DNA of 64,000 nucleotides from Escherichia coli O157:H7 (lineage in GTDB: Bacteria; Pseudomonadota; Gammaproteobacteria; Enterobacterales; Enterobacteriaceae). The stretch lies in the NCBI RefSeq assembly GCF_013167455.1, contig NZ_CP038328.1; one strand, given 5' to 3'. Numbering within the stretch: the stretch's first letter is position 1; each line of letters opens with the position of its first letter. Made by a program: the position numbers and the translations under genes. Below, one piece after another: positions 29,120 through 46,963 of this stretch. The notes beneath the pieces were generated by a model that was not told the origin of the DNA, searched no databases, and worked only from the letters and a program-made list of their open reading frames with translations.

Positions 29120-31048
29120 ATGCCTGTTATAACTCTTCCTGATGGCAGTCAACGCCATTACGACCACGCTGTAAGCCCCATGGATGTTGCGCTGGACATT
29201 GGTCCAGGTCTGGCGAAAGCCTGTATCGCAGGGCGCGTTAATGGCGAACTGGTTGATGCTTGCGATCTGATTGAAAACGACGCACAACTGTCGATCATTA
29301 CCGCCAAAGACGAAGAAGGTCTGGAGATCATTCGTCACTCCTGTGCGCACCTGTTAGGGCACGCGATTAAACAACTTTGGCCGCATACCAAAATGGCAAT
29401 CGGCCCGGTTATTGACAACGGTTTTTATTACGACGTTGATCTTGACCGCACGTTAACCCAGGAAGATGTCGAAGCACTCGAGAAGCGGATGCATGAGCTT
29501 GCTGAGAAAAACTACGACGTCATTAAGAAGAAAGTCAGCTGGCACGAAGCGCGTGAAACTTTCGCCAACCGTGGGGAGAGCTACAAAGTCTCCATTCTTG
29601 ACGAAAACATCGCCCATGATGACAAGCCAGGTCTGTACTTCCATGAAGAATATGTCGATATGTGCCGCGGTCCGCACGTACCGAACATGCGTTTCTGCCA
29701 TCATTTCAAACTAATGAAAACGGCAGGGGCTTACTGGCGTGGCGACAGCAACAACAAAATGTTGCAACGTATTTACGGTACGGCGTGGGCAGACAAAAAA
29801 GCGCTTAACGCTTACCTGCAGCGCCTGGAAGAAGCCGCGAAACGCGACCACCGTAAAATCGGTAAACAGCTCGACCTGTACCATATGCAGGAAGAAGCGC
29901 CGGGTATGGTATTCTGGCACAACGACGGCTGGACCATCTTCCGTGAACTGGAAGTGTTTGTTCGTTCTAAACTGAAAGAGTACCAGTATCAGGAAGTTAA
30001 AGGTCCGTTCATGATGGACCGTGTCCTGTGGGAAAAAACCGGTCACTGGGACAACTACAAAGATGCAATGTTCACCACGTCTTCTGAGAACCGTGAATAC
30101 TGCATTAAGCCGATGAACTGCCCGGGTCACGTACAAATTTTCAACCAGGGGCTGAAGTCTTATCGCGATCTGCCGCTGCGTATGGCCGAGTTTGGTAGCT
30201 GCCACCGTAACGAGCCGTCAGGTTCTCTGCATGGCCTGATGCGCGTGCGTGGATTCACCCAGGATGACGCGCATATCTTCTGTACTGAAGAACAAATTCG
30301 CGATGAAGTTAACGGATGTATCCGTTTAGTCTATGATATGTACAGCACTTTTGGCTTCGAGAAGATCGTCGTCAAACTCTCCACTCGTCCTGAAAAGCGT
30401 ATTGGCAGCGACGAAATGTGGGATCGTGCTGAGGCGGACCTGGCGGTTGCGCTGGAAGAAAACAACATCCCGTTTGAATATCAACTGGGTGAAGGCGCTT
30501 TCTACGGTCCGAAAATTGAATTTACCCTGTATGACTGCCTCGATCGTGCATGGCAGTGCGGTACAGTACAGCTGGACTTCTCCTTGCCGTCTCGTCTGAG
30601 CGCCTCCTATGTGGGCGAAGACAACGAGCGTAAGGTACCGGTAATGATTCACCGCGCAATTCTGGGGTCGATGGAACGTTTCATCGGTATCCTGACCGAA
30701 GAATTCGCTGGTTTCTTCCCGACCTGGCTTGCGCCAGTTCAGGTTGTTATCATGAATATTACCGATTCACAGTCTGAATACGTTAACGAATTGACGCAAA
30801 AACTATCAAATGCGGGCATTCGTGTTAAAGCAGACTTGAGAAATGAGAAGATTGGCTTTAAAATCCGCGAGCACACTTTGCGTCGCGTCCCGTATATGCT
30901 GGTCTGTGGTGATAAAGAGGTGGAATCAGGCAAAATTGCCGTTCGCACCCGCCGTGGTAAAGACCTGGGAAGCATGGACGTAAATGAAGTGATCGAGAAG
31001 CTGCAACAAGAGATTCGCAGCCGCAGTCTTAAACAATTGGAGGAATAA
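29120..31048 (+). CDS. thrS: threonyl-tRNA synthetase
   Basis: 642-aa ORF with TGS, editing and class-II catalytic domains. Confidence 0.95.
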
Positions 31049-31594
<546 letters not shown>

Positions 31595-31666
31595 GGCCTT
31601 CAAGTAGCACTGTCTGTGGAGCCTTCGGGCTTCACAGGCTTTGTTCGCCTTTGTTTCGTTTATTAA

Positions 31667-31888
<222 letters not shown>

Positions 31889-31913
31889 GCCGTTAACGTT
31901 TTTAACTTTTTAA

Positions 31914-32297
<384 letters not shown>

Positions 32298-32302
32298 GCC
32301 AG

Positions 32303-32340
32303 TTGAAAGAGGGAGCTAGTCTCCCTCTTTTCGTTTCAAC
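32303..32340 (+). terminator. rho-independent terminator after rplT
   Basis: Hairpin agagggagctagtctccctct within the outer stem gttgaaa/tttcaac, followed by a T-rich run. Confidence 0.6.
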
Positions 32341-32419
32341 GCCATCAAAACATTGACTTTTATCGCCGTAGCCTTTTCAATAAAGGTCTTTTGAAGAGTA
32401 CCAAAAGGTAACGCAAGCA

Positions 32420-32464
32420 ATGAATGCTGCTATTTTCCGCTTCTTTTTTTACTTTAGCACCTGA
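32420..32464 (+). CDS. pheM: pheST operon leader peptide (14 aa, five Phe codons)
   Basis: ATG AAT GCT GCT ATT TTC CGC TTC TTT TTT TAC TTT AGC ACC TGA = [14 protein letters not shown]. Confidence 0.85.
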
Positions 32465-32511
32465 ATCCAGGAGGCTAGCGCGTGAGAAGAGAAACGGAAA
32501 ACAGCGCCTGA

Positions 32512-32538
32512 AAGCCTCCCAGTGGAGGCTTTTTTTGT
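32512..32538 (+). terminator. pheST attenuator terminator
   Basis: Hairpin gcctccc-agt-ggaggc followed by T7, about 50 nt after the leader peptide stop. Confidence 0.65.
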
Positions 32539-32704
32539 ATGCGCGTTTTGAAAAATAAAAAGCCAGTCTATCAGGCGTAATTGTCGCAGCCAGTCTGGAT
32601 ACGGCCAGTGCGGAGAAACCGGAGCGTACTTAAGTACGTGAGGATTTCGAGCACTGCCCGGGACCAAAATGGCAAGTAAAATAGCCTGATGGGATAGGCT
32701 CTAA

Positions 32705-33730
<1,026 letters not shown>

Positions 33731-33741
33731 GGCAGGAATAG

Positions 33742-36132
<2,391 letters not shown>

Positions 36133-36136
36133 ACCT

Positions 36137-36436
36137 ATGGCGCTTACAAAAGCTGAAATGTCAGAATATCTGTTTGATAAGCTTGGGCTTAGCAAGCGGG
36201 ATGCCAAAGAACTGGTTGAACTGTTTTTCGAAGAGATCCGTCGCGCTCTGGAAAACGGCGAACAGGTGAAACTCTCTGGTTTTGGTAACTTCGATCTGCG
36301 TGATAAGAATCAACGCCCGGGACGTAACCCGAAAACGGGCGAGGATATTCCCATTACAGCACGGCGCGTGGTGACCTTCAGACCCGGGCAGAAGTTAAAA
36401 AGCCGGGTCGAAAACGCTTCGCCCAAAGACGAGTAA
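36137..36436 (+). CDS. ihfA: integration host factor alpha subunit
   Basis: 99-aa [34 protein letters not shown]... Confidence 0.95.
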
Positions 36437-36451
36437 TCTGATCTAACTAAA

Positions 36452-36479
36452 AAGGCCGCTCTGCGGCCTTTTTTCTTTT
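36452..36479 (+). terminator. rho-independent terminator after ihfA
   Basis: Hairpin aaggccgc-tctg-cggcctt followed by ttttcttttc. Confidence 0.65.
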
Positions 36480-36536
36480 CACTGTCGAAGAGTCACCGTA
36501 AAATCAACGCCATGACACTTCAGCAGAACGGATACC

Positions 36537-37517
36537 ATGCTGACACTTGCCCGCCAACAACAGCGACAAAATATTCGCTGGTTATTATGCCTGTCAGTTT
36601 TGATGCTGCTGGCGCTTCTCTTAAGCCTTTGCGCCGGTGAACAATGGATCTCGCCAGGTGACTGGTTTTCTCCTCGTGGCGAACTGTTCGTCTGGCAAAT
36701 TCGCCTGCCACGTACGCTGGCTGTATTGCTGGTTGGTGCGGCGCTGGCTATATCCGGCGCTGTAATGCAGGCGTTGTTTGAAAATCCTCTGGCAGAACCT
36801 GGACTACTTGGCGTCTCTAACGGCGCAGGCGTGGGGCTTATCGCCGCGGTATTGCTTGGGCAAGGGCAACTCCCCAACTGGGCGCTAGGGCTGTGTGCGA
36901 TTGCTGGGGCGCTTATCATCACTTTAATACTCTTACGTTTCGCCCGTCGTCATCTTTCGACCAGTCGGTTATTGCTGGCTGGCGTTGCATTAGGGATTAT
37001 CTGTAGCGCACTAATGACGTGGGCTATCTACTTTTCCACCTCTGTTGATTTACGTCAGCTGATGTACTGGATGATGGGCGGTTTTGGCGGCGTAGACTGG
37101 CGGCAAAGCTGGCTGATGCTGGCATTGATCCCCATGTTGTTGTGGATCTGTTGTCAGTCCAGGCCGATGAATATGTTAGCACTTGGCGAGATCTCGGCGC
37201 GGCAACTGGGTTTACCCCTGTGGTTCTGGCGCAATGTGCTGGTGGCAGCGACCGGCTGGATGGTTGGCGTCAGTGTAGCGCTGGCGGGTGCTATCGGCTT
37301 TATTGGTCTGGTGATCCCACATATTCTTCGGTTGTGTGGTTTAACCGATCATCGCGCATTACTTCCCGGCTGCGCGCTGGCAGGGGCGAGCGCATTGCTG
37401 CTGGCCGATATTGTAGCGCGCCTGGCATTAGCTGCCGCAGAGCTGCCTATTGGCGTGGTCACCGCAACGTTGGGTGCGCCGGTGTTTATCTGGTTATTGT
37501 TAAAAGCAGGACGTTAG
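36537..37517 (+). CDS. btuC: vitamin B12 ABC transporter permease
   Basis: 326-aa polytopic membrane ORF (FecCD family). Confidence 0.92.
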   Translation: MLTLARQQQRQNIRWLLCLSVLMLLALLLSLCAGEQWISPGDWFSPRGELFVWQIRLPRTLAVLLVGAALAISGAVMQALFENPLAEPGLLGVSNGAGVGLIAAVLLGQGQLPNWALGLCAIAGALIITLILLRFARRHLSTSRLLLAGVALGIICSALMTWAIYFSTSVDLRQLMYWMMGGFGGVDWRQSWLMLALIPMLLWICCQSRPMNMLALGEISARQLGLPLWFWRNVLVAATGWMVGVSVALAGAIGFIGLVIPHILRLCGLTDHRALLPGCALAGASALLLADIVARLALAAAELPIGVVTATLGAPVFIWLLLKAGR

Positions 37518-37579
37518 CCGCAAAAAGACGGTCTATGATTAAAAGCTAAGATTTTTACTGACCACACCCAGGAGAAACG

Positions 37580-38131
37580 ATGCAAGATTCCATTCTGACG
37601 ACCGTAGTGAAAGATATCGACGGTGAAGTGACCACGCTGGAGAAGTACGCCGGTAATGTGCTGTTGATTGTCAATGTCGCCTCAAAGTGTGGCTTAACGC
37701 CGCAATATGAGCAGTTGGAGAATATTCAGAAAGCCTGGGCCGATCGAGGTTTTGTGGTGCTGGGATTCCCGTGCAACCAGTTTCTGGAACAAGAACCGGG
37801 CAGCGATGAAGAGATTAAAACTTACTGTACCACCACATGGGGGGTGACGTTCCCGATGTTCAGTAAGATTGAAGTTAATGGCGAAGGACGCCATCCGCTG
37901 TATCAAAAATTGATTTCCGCAGCGCCGACCGCAGTCGCGCCGGAAGAGAGCGGATTCTATGCCCGTATGGTCAGCAAAGGTCGTGCACCGCTGTACCCTG
38001 ATGATATTTTATGGAATTTTGAGAAATTTTTAGTTGGCAGGGACGGATTGGTCATCCAGCGTTTTTCCCCGGATATGACGCCGGAAGATCCCATTGTGAT
38101 GGAAAGCATTAAACTGGCGTTGGCAAAATAA
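37580..38131 (+). CDS. btuE: glutathione peroxidase-family thioredoxin/glutathione peroxidase
   Basis: 183-aa ORF with catalytic Cys motif ([11 protein letters not shown]). Confidence 0.92.
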   Translation: MQDSILTTVVKDIDGEVTTLEKYAGNVLLIVNVASKCGLTPQYEQLENIQKAWADRGFVVLGFPCNQFLEQEPGSDEEIKTYCTTTWGVTFPMFSKIEVNGEGRHPLYQKLISAAPTAVAPEESGFYARMVSKGRAPLYPDDILWNFEKFLVGRDGLVIQRFSPDMTPEDPIVMESIKLALAK

Positions 38132-38880
38132 TGTCTATTGTGATGCAGTTACAGGATGTTGCGGAATCTACCCGCCTGGGGCCGCTTTCTGGCGAGGTTC
38201 GGGCTGGGGAGATCCTGCACCTGGTGGGGCCGAATGGCGCGGGTAAGAGTACCTTACTGGCGCGAATGGCCGGAATGACCAGCGGTAAGGGAAGCATTCA
38301 GTTCGCGGGGCAACCACTGGAAGCATGGTCCGCAACAAAACTCGCGCTGCATCGTGCCTATCTTTCACAACAGCAGACGCCGCCGTTTGCAATGCCGGTC
38401 TGGCACTACCTGACACTGCATCAGCACGATAAAACGCGTACCGAACTACTGAATGATGTCGCAGGGGCGCTGGCTCTTGATGACAAACTCGGTCGTAGCA
38501 CCAATCAACTTTCCGGCGGTGAATGGCAACGCGTACGTCTTGCTGCGGTGGTGCTGCAAATCACACCACAAGCCAATCCCGCAGGCCAATTGCTGCTTCT
38601 TGATGAGCCGATGAACAGTCTTGATGTTGCGCAACAAAGTGCGTTAGACAAAATTCTGAGCGCGCTGTGTCAGCAAGGACTGGCGATTGTGATGAGCAGT
38701 CACGATCTCAACCACACATTGCGTCATGCGCATCGGGCGTGGTTGCTAAAAGGTGGAAAAATGCTGGCCAGTGGACGCAGAGAAGATGTGCTCACGCCGC
38801 CAAATCTGGCGCAGGCCTATGGGATGAATTTTCGCCGTCTGGATATCGAAGGTCACAGAATGCTGATTTCGACCATCTGA
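38131..38880 (+). CDS. btuD: vitamin B12 ABC transporter ATP-binding protein
   Basis: 249-aa ORF with Walker A (GPNGAGKST) and signature (LSGGEWQR); start overlaps the btuE stop by 1 nt. Confidence 0.92.
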   Translation: MSIVMQLQDVAESTRLGPLSGEVRAGEILHLVGPNGAGKSTLLARMAGMTSGKGSIQFAGQPLEAWSATKLALHRAYLSQQQTPPFAMPVWHYLTLHQHDKTRTELLNDVAGALALDDKLGRSTNQLSGGEWQRVRLAAVVLQITPQANPAGQLLLLDEPMNSLDVAQQSALDKILSALCQQGLAIVMSSHDLNHTLRHAHRAWLLKGGKMLASGRREDVLTPPNLAQAYGMNFRRLDIEGHRMLISTI

Positions 38881-38957
38881 TTTCATTAGTATCTTGAAAA
38901 TCGGGTAATTACGACGCTAAATTAATGCAAGAATAAAAAACAGAGGAACCGTACGGA

Positions 38958-39422
38958 ATGCGTTTCTGCCTTATTTTGATCACAGCACTGTTTCTGGCCG
39001 GGTGTAGCCACCATAAAGCACCGCCGCCAAATGCCAGACTTTCTGATTCGATTACCGTTATTGCCGGTTTGAACGACCAGCTACAAAGCTGGCATGGCAC
39101 GCCGTATCGTTATGGTGGCATGACGCGGCGCGGTGTGGACTGTTCGGGATTTGTGGTTGTGACGATGCGCGATCGTTTCGATTTGCAGCTGCCCCGAGAA
39201 ACCAAAGAACAAGCCTCTATCGGCACGCAAATTGATAAAGACGAGTTGCTGCCTGGTGACCTGGTCTTTTTCAAAACGGGTTCCGGACAAAATGGTTTGC
39301 ATGTAGGTATTTACGATACCAACAACCAATTTATCCACGCCTCTACCAGCAAGGGAGTGATGCGTTCCTCACTTGATAATGTCTATTGGCAGAAAAATTT
39401 CTGGCAGGCGAGACGAATCTAG
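38958..39422 (+). CDS. nlpC: NlpC/P60-family lipoprotein (peptidoglycan endopeptidase family)
   Basis: 154-aa ORF with lipobox LAGC and a catalytic Cys (DCSGFV). Confidence 0.9.
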   Translation: MRFCLILITALFLAGCSHHKAPPPNARLSDSITVIAGLNDQLQSWHGTPYRYGGMTRRGVDCSGFVVVTMRDRFDLQLPRETKEQASIGTQIDKDELLPGDLVFFKTGSGQNGLHVGIYDTNNQFIHASTSKGVMRSSLDNVYWQKNFWQARRI

Positions 39423-39668
39423 TATGTCGAAAATTGGACGTCGATGATACATCGCCGTCCATTTACTCCAGAATACAGTAGTATTTTGCAGACAAAAATT
39501 CCGTAAATGGATTATTCGTTTATAATCAGGATAATCTAAAAAAAGGACCCCTGAAAAAGTGGTTAACATGGAACAAATGAAAGTTACTCCTTCTGTAATT
39601 GTTATGTCTTATGGCCTCATCCCTTTTAGCCGGATACTGAAAAACATCCTTCGAGAGGGACGGTTACC

Positions 39669-40382
39669 ATGAAGATTTTTTTGGAGAATCTTTATCATTC
39701 TGATTGCTATTTCCTGCCGATAAGAGATAACCAGCAAGTCCTTGTCGGCGTTGAGTTAATTACCCATTTCTCCAGTGAAGATGGCACGGTGCGTATCCCG
39801 ACGAGTCGGGTTATAGCGCAACTTACCGAGGAGCAACATTGGCAATTATTTTCAGAGCAGTTGGAATTACTAAAATCATGCCAACATTTTTTTATTCAAC
39901 ATAAACTCTTTGCCTGGCTTAATTTAACGCCACAAGTGGCTACATTATTATTAGAGAGGGATAATTACGCAGGCGAACTATTAAAATATCCGTTTATTGA
40001 ACTGTTGATTAATGAGAATTACCCGCATCTCAATGAAGGAAAAGATAATCGCGGTCTTTTATCCTTATCGCAAGTGTATCCCCTTGTGTTAGGTAATTTG
40101 GGAGCAGGCAACAGCACAATGAAAGCGGTTTTTGATGGTCTTTTCACCCGCGTAATGCTGGATAAAAGTTTTATTCAGCAACAAATCACGCATCGCTCCT
40201 TCGAACCGTTTATTCGTGCGATTCAGGCGCAAATTTCCCCTTGTTGCAATTGCATCATCGCGGGGGGCATTGATACGCCAGAAATATTAGCACAGATTAC
40301 CCCCTTCGATTTCCATGCTCTCCAGGGATGCCTGTGGCCTGCCGTTCCCATAAATCAGATAACGACGTTGGTTCAGCGATAA
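39669..40382 (+). CDS. ydiV: degenerate EAL-domain anti-FlhD4C2 factor
   Basis: 237-aa ORF, AT-rich. Confidence 0.85.
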   Translation: MKIFLENLYHSDCYFLPIRDNQQVLVGVELITHFSSEDGTVRIPTSRVIAQLTEEQHWQLFSEQLELLKSCQHFFIQHKLFAWLNLTPQVATLLLERDNYAGELLKYPFIELLINENYPHLNEGKDNRGLLSLSQVYPLVLGNLGAGNSTMKAVFDGLFTRVMLDKSFIQQQITHRSFEPFIRAIQAQISPCCNCIIAGGIDTPEILAQITPFDFHALQGCLWPAVPINQITTLVQR

Positions 40383-40405
40383 CCCTCCTGTTTGCTGGTG
40401 TTTAA

Positions 40406-41881
<1,476 letters not shown>

Positions 41882-41884
41882 AGG

Positions 41885-42076
41885 CTACTTGGTCAACAGC
41901 AGCTTGCCAGCCTGAGTTTTACGGAGCAGATATTCTTGCCCGTCATGATCGATAATCAGTTTGCCATCCGGACCTAACAGTGTCTGGCTGGAAATTCGCC
42001 GAATAGGCTGCGGGGAAGCGGTCTTGTGATTGGCATCCGTTTCAGGCGTGAGTTTTCTGCTATCCGTATAACGCAT
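41885..42076 (-). CDS. hemP: HemP/HmuP-family small protein
   Basis: ORF-track frame 41885-42103; internal Met ([14 protein letters not shown]...) giving 63 aa; synonym ydiE; convergent with selO, only 3 bp between the two stops. Confidence 0.7.
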
Positions 42077-42207
42077 AAAAATTAATAATAATTGATATAA
42101 CAATGATTCTTATTATCAATATTATGGCTGACCAGAGCAAGCAGTAATGTGTTGAGAAGACAACAAGTTGCGCAGAAATGCCCATCCCATCAGGAATGGG
42201 CACGCAT

Positions 42208-43254
42208 TCAGAAGCGGGTATCTACCGCAGAGGCTAGTTTTTCGACCAGGCGTTCGGTATCTTCCCAGCCCAGACACGGGTCGGTAATGGATTGACCGTA
42301 AGTGAGCGGCTGACCGCCGACGATTTTTTGCGTTCCTTCGCGCAGGAAACTTTCCGCCATAATTCCAGCAATCGCCGTAGAGCCATTGCGGATTTGCTGA
42401 CAAATATCCTCACAAACTTCTAACTGGCGACGGTGCTGCTTCTGGCAGTTACCGTGGCTGAAATCCACCACCAGATGTTCAGGTAAATCAAACTCGTGCA
42501 GCGTATCGCAGGCTGCGGCGATATCATCGGCATGATAATTCGGTTTTTTGCCGCCACGCATAATAATGTGGCCATACGGGTTGCCGCTGGTCTGATAGAT
42601 GGTCATCTGACCATTTTTGTCTGGCGAGAGGAACATATGGCTGGCGCGGGCTGCGCGGATAGCATCCACAGCAATCCGCGTATTGCCATCGGTACCATTT
42701 TTAAAACCTACCGGACAGGAGAGTGCCGAAGCCATTTCACGGTGGATCTGACTTTCGGTAGTACGTGCGCCAATCGCGCCCCAACTGATTAAATCAGCAA
42801 TAAACTGACCGGTCACCATATCGAGGAACTCAGTCGCGGTTGGGACGCCCAGCTCATTTACCTGTAAAAGTAATTTGCGCGCCAGCTCCAGACCGTGATT
42901 TATCCGATAGCTGCCGTTTAAATCTGGATCGGAGATTAGTCCTTTCCAGCCGACAACAGTTCGTGGTTTTTCAAAATAGGTGCGCATTACGATTTCCAGC
43001 CGTGACTGGTACTGGTTGCGCAGCGACTGCAGACGGGTGGCGTACTCCATTGCAGCGGTGAGATCGTGGATCGAGCAGGGGCCAATAATGACCAACAGTC
43101 GCTTATCTTCACCATTGAGTATTTTTTCAATTCTGCGGCGGGAGTCGGTGACATGGGTGGCGACGCCAGGCGTTACGGGATACCGTAGCGCGAGTTCGGC
43201 GGGCGTTACCAGGCTCTCAATACGCGCAGTACGGAGTTCGTCAGTTCTGTTCAT
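42208..43254 (-). CDS. aroH: DAHP synthase, Trp-sensitive isozyme
   Basis: ORF-track frame 42208-43377; start placed at MNRTDELRTARIES giving 348 aa; TrpR operator upstream. Confidence 0.92.
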   Translation of the reverse strand: MNRTDELRTARIESLVTPAELALRYPVTPGVATHVTDSRRRIEKILNGEDKRLLVIIGPCSIHDLTAAMEYATRLQSLRNQYQSRLEIVMRTYFEKPRTVVGWKGLISDPDLNGSYRINHGLELARKLLLQVNELGVPTATEFLDMVTGQFIADLISWGAIGARTTESQIHREMASALSCPVGFKNGTDGNTRIAVDAIRAARASHMFLSPDKNGQMTIYQTSGNPYGHIIMRGGKKPNYHADDIAAACDTLHEFDLPEHLVVDFSHGNCQKQHRRQLEVCEDICQQIRNGSTAIAGIMAESFLREGTQKIVGGQPLTYGQSITDPCLGWEDTERLVEKLASAVDTRF

Positions 43255-43399
43255 TACAAGTCTCAGAAATTTGTTGCTTCTACGGCAGGACTGCCGGGAA
43301 GTGATGCGCATCACGATAAACCAATCGCTGCTGATTTCAAGTGCGAGGTGTGTCACACCTCGCCGGGTGGTTAGCATGATAACAAAAAAATAAGCTAAT

Positions 43400-43417
43400 G
43401 CACTAGTTCTCTAGTAC
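43400..43417 (-). promoter_or_regulatory. TrpR operator of aroH
   Basis: Minus-strand GTACTAGAGAACTAGTGC is a near-perfect match to the trp-operator palindrome GTACTAGTT/AACTAGTAC; it overlaps the last codons and stop of ppsR. Confidence 0.65.
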
Positions 43418-44244
43418 ATTCGGCGACTAAGGCCCATGATATCGAGGATCTTGGTGGCAATCTCTTCTACCGAATAATTGGTACTGTTAATCCACGGGAT
43501 CTGATTTTTACGGTACAAGGCTTCCACTTCCGCGACTTCCATCCTGCACTGACGAAGCGAGGCATAGCGACTGTTCTCCCGACGTTCCTCGCGAATCGCC
43601 GCCAGACGTTCCGGGTCGATAGTCAGGCCGAACAATTTATGCTGAAGCGGTTTGAGCGACGCGGGTAGCACCAGATTATCCATATCGTCGGCAATAAAGG
43701 GGTAGTTTGCCGCGCGGATACCAAATTGCATTGCCAGATACAGACTGGTGGGGGTTTTACCACAGCGAGAAACACCGAGCAGGATCACCTGAGCCTGATC
43801 CAGATTGCGCAACGAAATGCCGTCATCGTGGGCGAGGGTGTAATCAATCGCCGCAATGCGCGCATCATATTTATTGAGATTATTAGGGTTAAGGCCATGG
43901 GTACGATGAGCAATCGGCGTTGGATCCAGTTTCATCTCTTGTTGTAGCGGGGCAACCAGCGCCTGAACGATATCCTGGCAAAAACCTTCACTTTGCAAGA
44001 TGATGGCGCGAATTTCCGGCAACACGATGGAGTAGAAGACCAGCGGACGCACGCCTGTCTGGTGATAAATTGCGTCAATCTGATCCTTCACTGCCCGTGC
44101 ACGGCTCTCATTTTCGACAAACGGCAGCGTGATGCTGCTGATAGTGACGGGAAATTGTGACATTACTGCGTGTCCTAATACCTCCGCAGTTATTGCCGTA
44201 CCATCAGAAATATAAAAAACGTGGCGATCAACAGCATTATCCAT
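43411..44244 (-). CDS. ppsR: PEP synthase regulatory protein (bifunctional kinase/pyrophosphorylase)
   Basis: 277-aa ORF with P-loop (GVSRCGKT); divergent from ppsA; synonym ydiA. Confidence 0.9.
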
Positions 44245-44474
44245 TTTGTTCTTCCCGTGATGCAGACATAATTCTATGAAAGCATAAATTAAAAACGCAC
44301 AGAAGCGTAGAACGTTATGTCTGGTTTATAAAATGAACCTTCAATTTTATTTTTTATGAAAACAGCATTTCATTTTTATGGTTTCGTTTATACCGATGGT
44401 TTATGTGGAAATTGTCGAAAAGAGCAGATTTGCGCAACGCTGGGATCAGTCTTAACAAGTAAAAAAATATATTT

Positions 44475-44490
44475 GCTTGAACGATTCACC
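44475..44490. promoter_or_regulatory. putative Cra (FruR) box upstream of ppsA
   Basis: GCTTGAACGATTCACC matches the Cra consensus GCTGAAACGTTTCAGC at 11 of 16 positions; ppsA is a Cra-activated gluconeogenic gene. Confidence 0.3.
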
Positions 44491-44576
44491 GTTTTTTTCA
44501 TCCGGTTAAATATGCAAAGATAAATGCGCAGAAATGTGTTTCTCAAACCGTTCATTTATCACAAAAGGATTGTTCG

Positions 44577-46955
44577 ATGTCCAACAATGGCTCGTCACCG
44601 CTGGTGCTTTGGTATAACCAACTCGGCATGAAGGATGTAGACAGGGTTGGGGGCAAAAATGCCTCCCTGGGTGAAATGATTACTAACCTTTCCGGAATGG
44701 GTGTTTCCGTTCCGAATGGTTTCGCCACAACCGCCGACGCGTTTAACCAGTTTCTGGACCAAAGCGGCGTAAACCAGCGCATTTATGAACTGCTGGATAA
44801 AACGGATATTGACGATGTTACTCAGCTTGCGAAAGCGGGCGCGCAAATCCGCCAGTGGATTATCGACACTCCCTTCCAGCCTGAGCTGGAAAACGCCATC
44901 CGCGAAGCCTATGCACAGCTTTCCGCCGATGACGAAAACGCCTCTTTTGCGGTGCGCTCCTCCGCCACCGCAGAAGATATGCCGGACGCTTCTTTTGCCG
45001 GTCAGCAGGAAACCTTCCTCAACGTTCAGGGTTTTGACGCCGTTCTCGTGGCAGTGAAACATGTATTTGCTTCTCTGTTTAACGATCGCGCCATCTCTTA
45101 TCGTGTGCACCAGGGTTACGATCACCGTGGTGTGGCGCTCTCCGCCGGTGTTCAACGGATGGTGCGCTCTGACCTCGCATCTTCTGGCGTGATGTTCTCC
45201 ATTGATACCGAATCCGGCTTTGACCAGGTGGTGTTTATCACTTCCGCATGGGGCCTTGGTGAGATGGTCGTGCAGGGTGCGGTTAACCCGGATGAGTTTT
45301 ACGTGCATAAACCGACACTGGCGGCGAATCGCCCGGCTATCGTGCGCCGCACCATGGGGTCGAAAAAAATCCGCATGGTTTACGCGCCGACCCAGGAGCA
45401 TGGCAAGCAGGTTAAAATCGAAGACGTACCGCAGGAACAGCGTGACATCTTCTCGCTGACCAACGAAGAAGTGCAGGAACTGGCAAAACAGGCCGTACAA
45501 ATTGAGAAACACTACGGTCGCCCGATGGATATTGAGTGGGCGAAAGATGGCCACACTGGTAAACTGTTCATTGTGCAGGCGCGTCCGGAAACCGTGCGCT
45601 CACGCGGTCAGGTCATGGAGCGTTATACGCTGCATTCACAGGGTAAGATTATCGCCGAAGGCCGTGCTATCGGTCATCGCATCGGTGCGGGTCCGGTGAA
45701 AGTCATCCATGATATCAGCGAAATGAACCGCATCGAACCTGGTGACGTGCTGGTCACTGACATGACCGACCCGGACTGGGAACCGATCATGAAGAAAGCA
45801 TCTGCCATCGTCACCAACCGTGGCGGTCGTACCTGTCACGCGGCGATCATCGCTCGTGAACTGGGCATTCCGGCGGTAGTGGGCTGTGGTGATGCAACAG
45901 AACGGATGAAAGACGGTGAGAACGTCACTGTTTCTTGTGCCGAAGGTGATACCGGTTACGTCTATGCGGAGTTGCTGGAATTTAGCGTGAAAAGCTCCAG
46001 CGTAGAAACGATGCCGGATCTGCCGTTGAAAGTGATGATGAACGTCGGTAACCCGGACCGTGCTTTCGACTTCGCCTGCCTGCCGAACGAAGGCGTGGGC
46101 CTTGCACGTCTGGAATTTATCATCAACCGTATGATTGGCGTCCACCCACGCGCACTGCTTGAGTTTGACGATCAGGAACCGCAGTTGCAAAACGAAATCC
46201 GCGAGATGATGAAAGGTTTTGATTCTCCGCGTGAATTTTACGTTGGTCGTCTGACTGAAGGGATCGCGACGCTGGGTGCCGCGTTTTATCCGAAGCGCGT
46301 CATTGTCCGTCTCTCTGATTTTAAATCGAACGAATATGCCAACCTGGTCGGTGGTGAGCGTTATGAGCCAGATGAAGAGAACCCGATGCTCGGCTTCCGT
46401 GGCGCGGGACGCTATGTTTCCGACAGCTTCCGCGACTGTTTCGCGCTGGAGTGTGAAGCAGTGAAACGTGTGCGCAACGACATGGGGCTGACCAACGTTG
46501 AGATCATGATCCCGTTCGTGCGTACCGTAGATCAGGCGAAAGCGGTGGTTGAGGAACTGGCGCGTCAGGGGCTGAAGCGTGGTGAGAACGGGCTGAAAAT
46601 CATCATGATGTGTGAAATCCCGTCCAACGCCTTGCTGGCCGAGCAGTTCCTCGAATATTTCGACGGCTTCTCAATTGGCTCAAACGACATGACGCAGCTG
46701 GCGCTCGGTCTGGATCGTGACTCCGGCGTGGTGTCTGAACTGTTCGATGAGCGCAACGATGCGGTGAAAGCACTGCTGTCGATGGCGATTCGTGCCGCGA
46801 AGAAACAGGGCAAATATGTCGGGATTTGCGGTCAGGGTCCGTCCGACCACGAAGACTTTGCCGCATGGTTGATGGAAGAGGGGATCGATAGCCTGTCTCT
46901 GAACCCGGACACCGTGGTGCAAACCTGGTTAAGCCTGGCTGAACTGAAGAAATAA
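44577..46955 (+). CDS. ppsA: phosphoenolpyruvate synthase
   Basis: 792-aa ORF with PEP-utilising enzyme domains and catalytic His region ([13 protein letters not shown]). Confidence 0.95.
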   Translation: MSNNGSSPLVLWYNQLGMKDVDRVGGKNASLGEMITNLSGMGVSVPNGFATTADAFNQFLDQSGVNQRIYELLDKTDIDDVTQLAKAGAQIRQWIIDTPFQPELENAIREAYAQLSADDENASFAVRSSATAEDMPDASFAGQQETFLNVQGFDAVLVAVKHVFASLFNDRAISYRVHQGYDHRGVALSAGVQRMVRSDLASSGVMFSIDTESGFDQVVFITSAWGLGEMVVQGAVNPDEFYVHKPTLAANRPAIVRRTMGSKKIRMVYAPTQEHGKQVKIEDVPQEQRDIFSLTNEEVQELAKQAVQIEKHYGRPMDIEWAKDGHTGKLFIVQARPETVRSRGQVMERYTLHSQGKIIAEGRAIGHRIGAGPVKVIHDISEMNRIEPGDVLVTDMTDPDWEPIMKKASAIVTNRGGRTCHAAIIARELGIPAVVGCGDATERMKDGENVTVSCAEGDTGYVYAELLEFSVKSSSVETMPDLPLKVMMNVGNPDRAFDFACLPNEGVGLARLEFIINRMIGVHPRALLEFDDQEPQLQNEIREMMKGFDSPREFYVGRLTEGIATLGAAFYPKRVIVRLSDFKSNEYANLVGGERYEPDEENPMLGFRGAGRYVSDSFRDCFALECEAVKRVRNDMGLTNVEIMIPFVRTVDQAKAVVEELARQGLKRGENGLKIIMMCEIPSNALLAEQFLEYFDGFSIGSNDMTQLALGLDRDSGVVSELFDERNDAVKALLSMAIRAAKKQGKYVGICGQGPSDHEDFAAWLMEEGIDSLSLNPDTVVQTWLSLAELKK

Positions 46956-46963
46956 AATAAATC

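Noticed and set aside
43255-43377. 41-codon N-terminal extension of aroH (389-aa version of the ORF)
   Set aside because: The extension has no ribosome-binding context and would run through the aroH leader; the internal start reproduces the 348-aa enzyme.
44595-45554. 319-aa minus-strand ORF inside ppsA
   Set aside because: Antisense shadow ORF within a conserved enzyme gene; no independent support.
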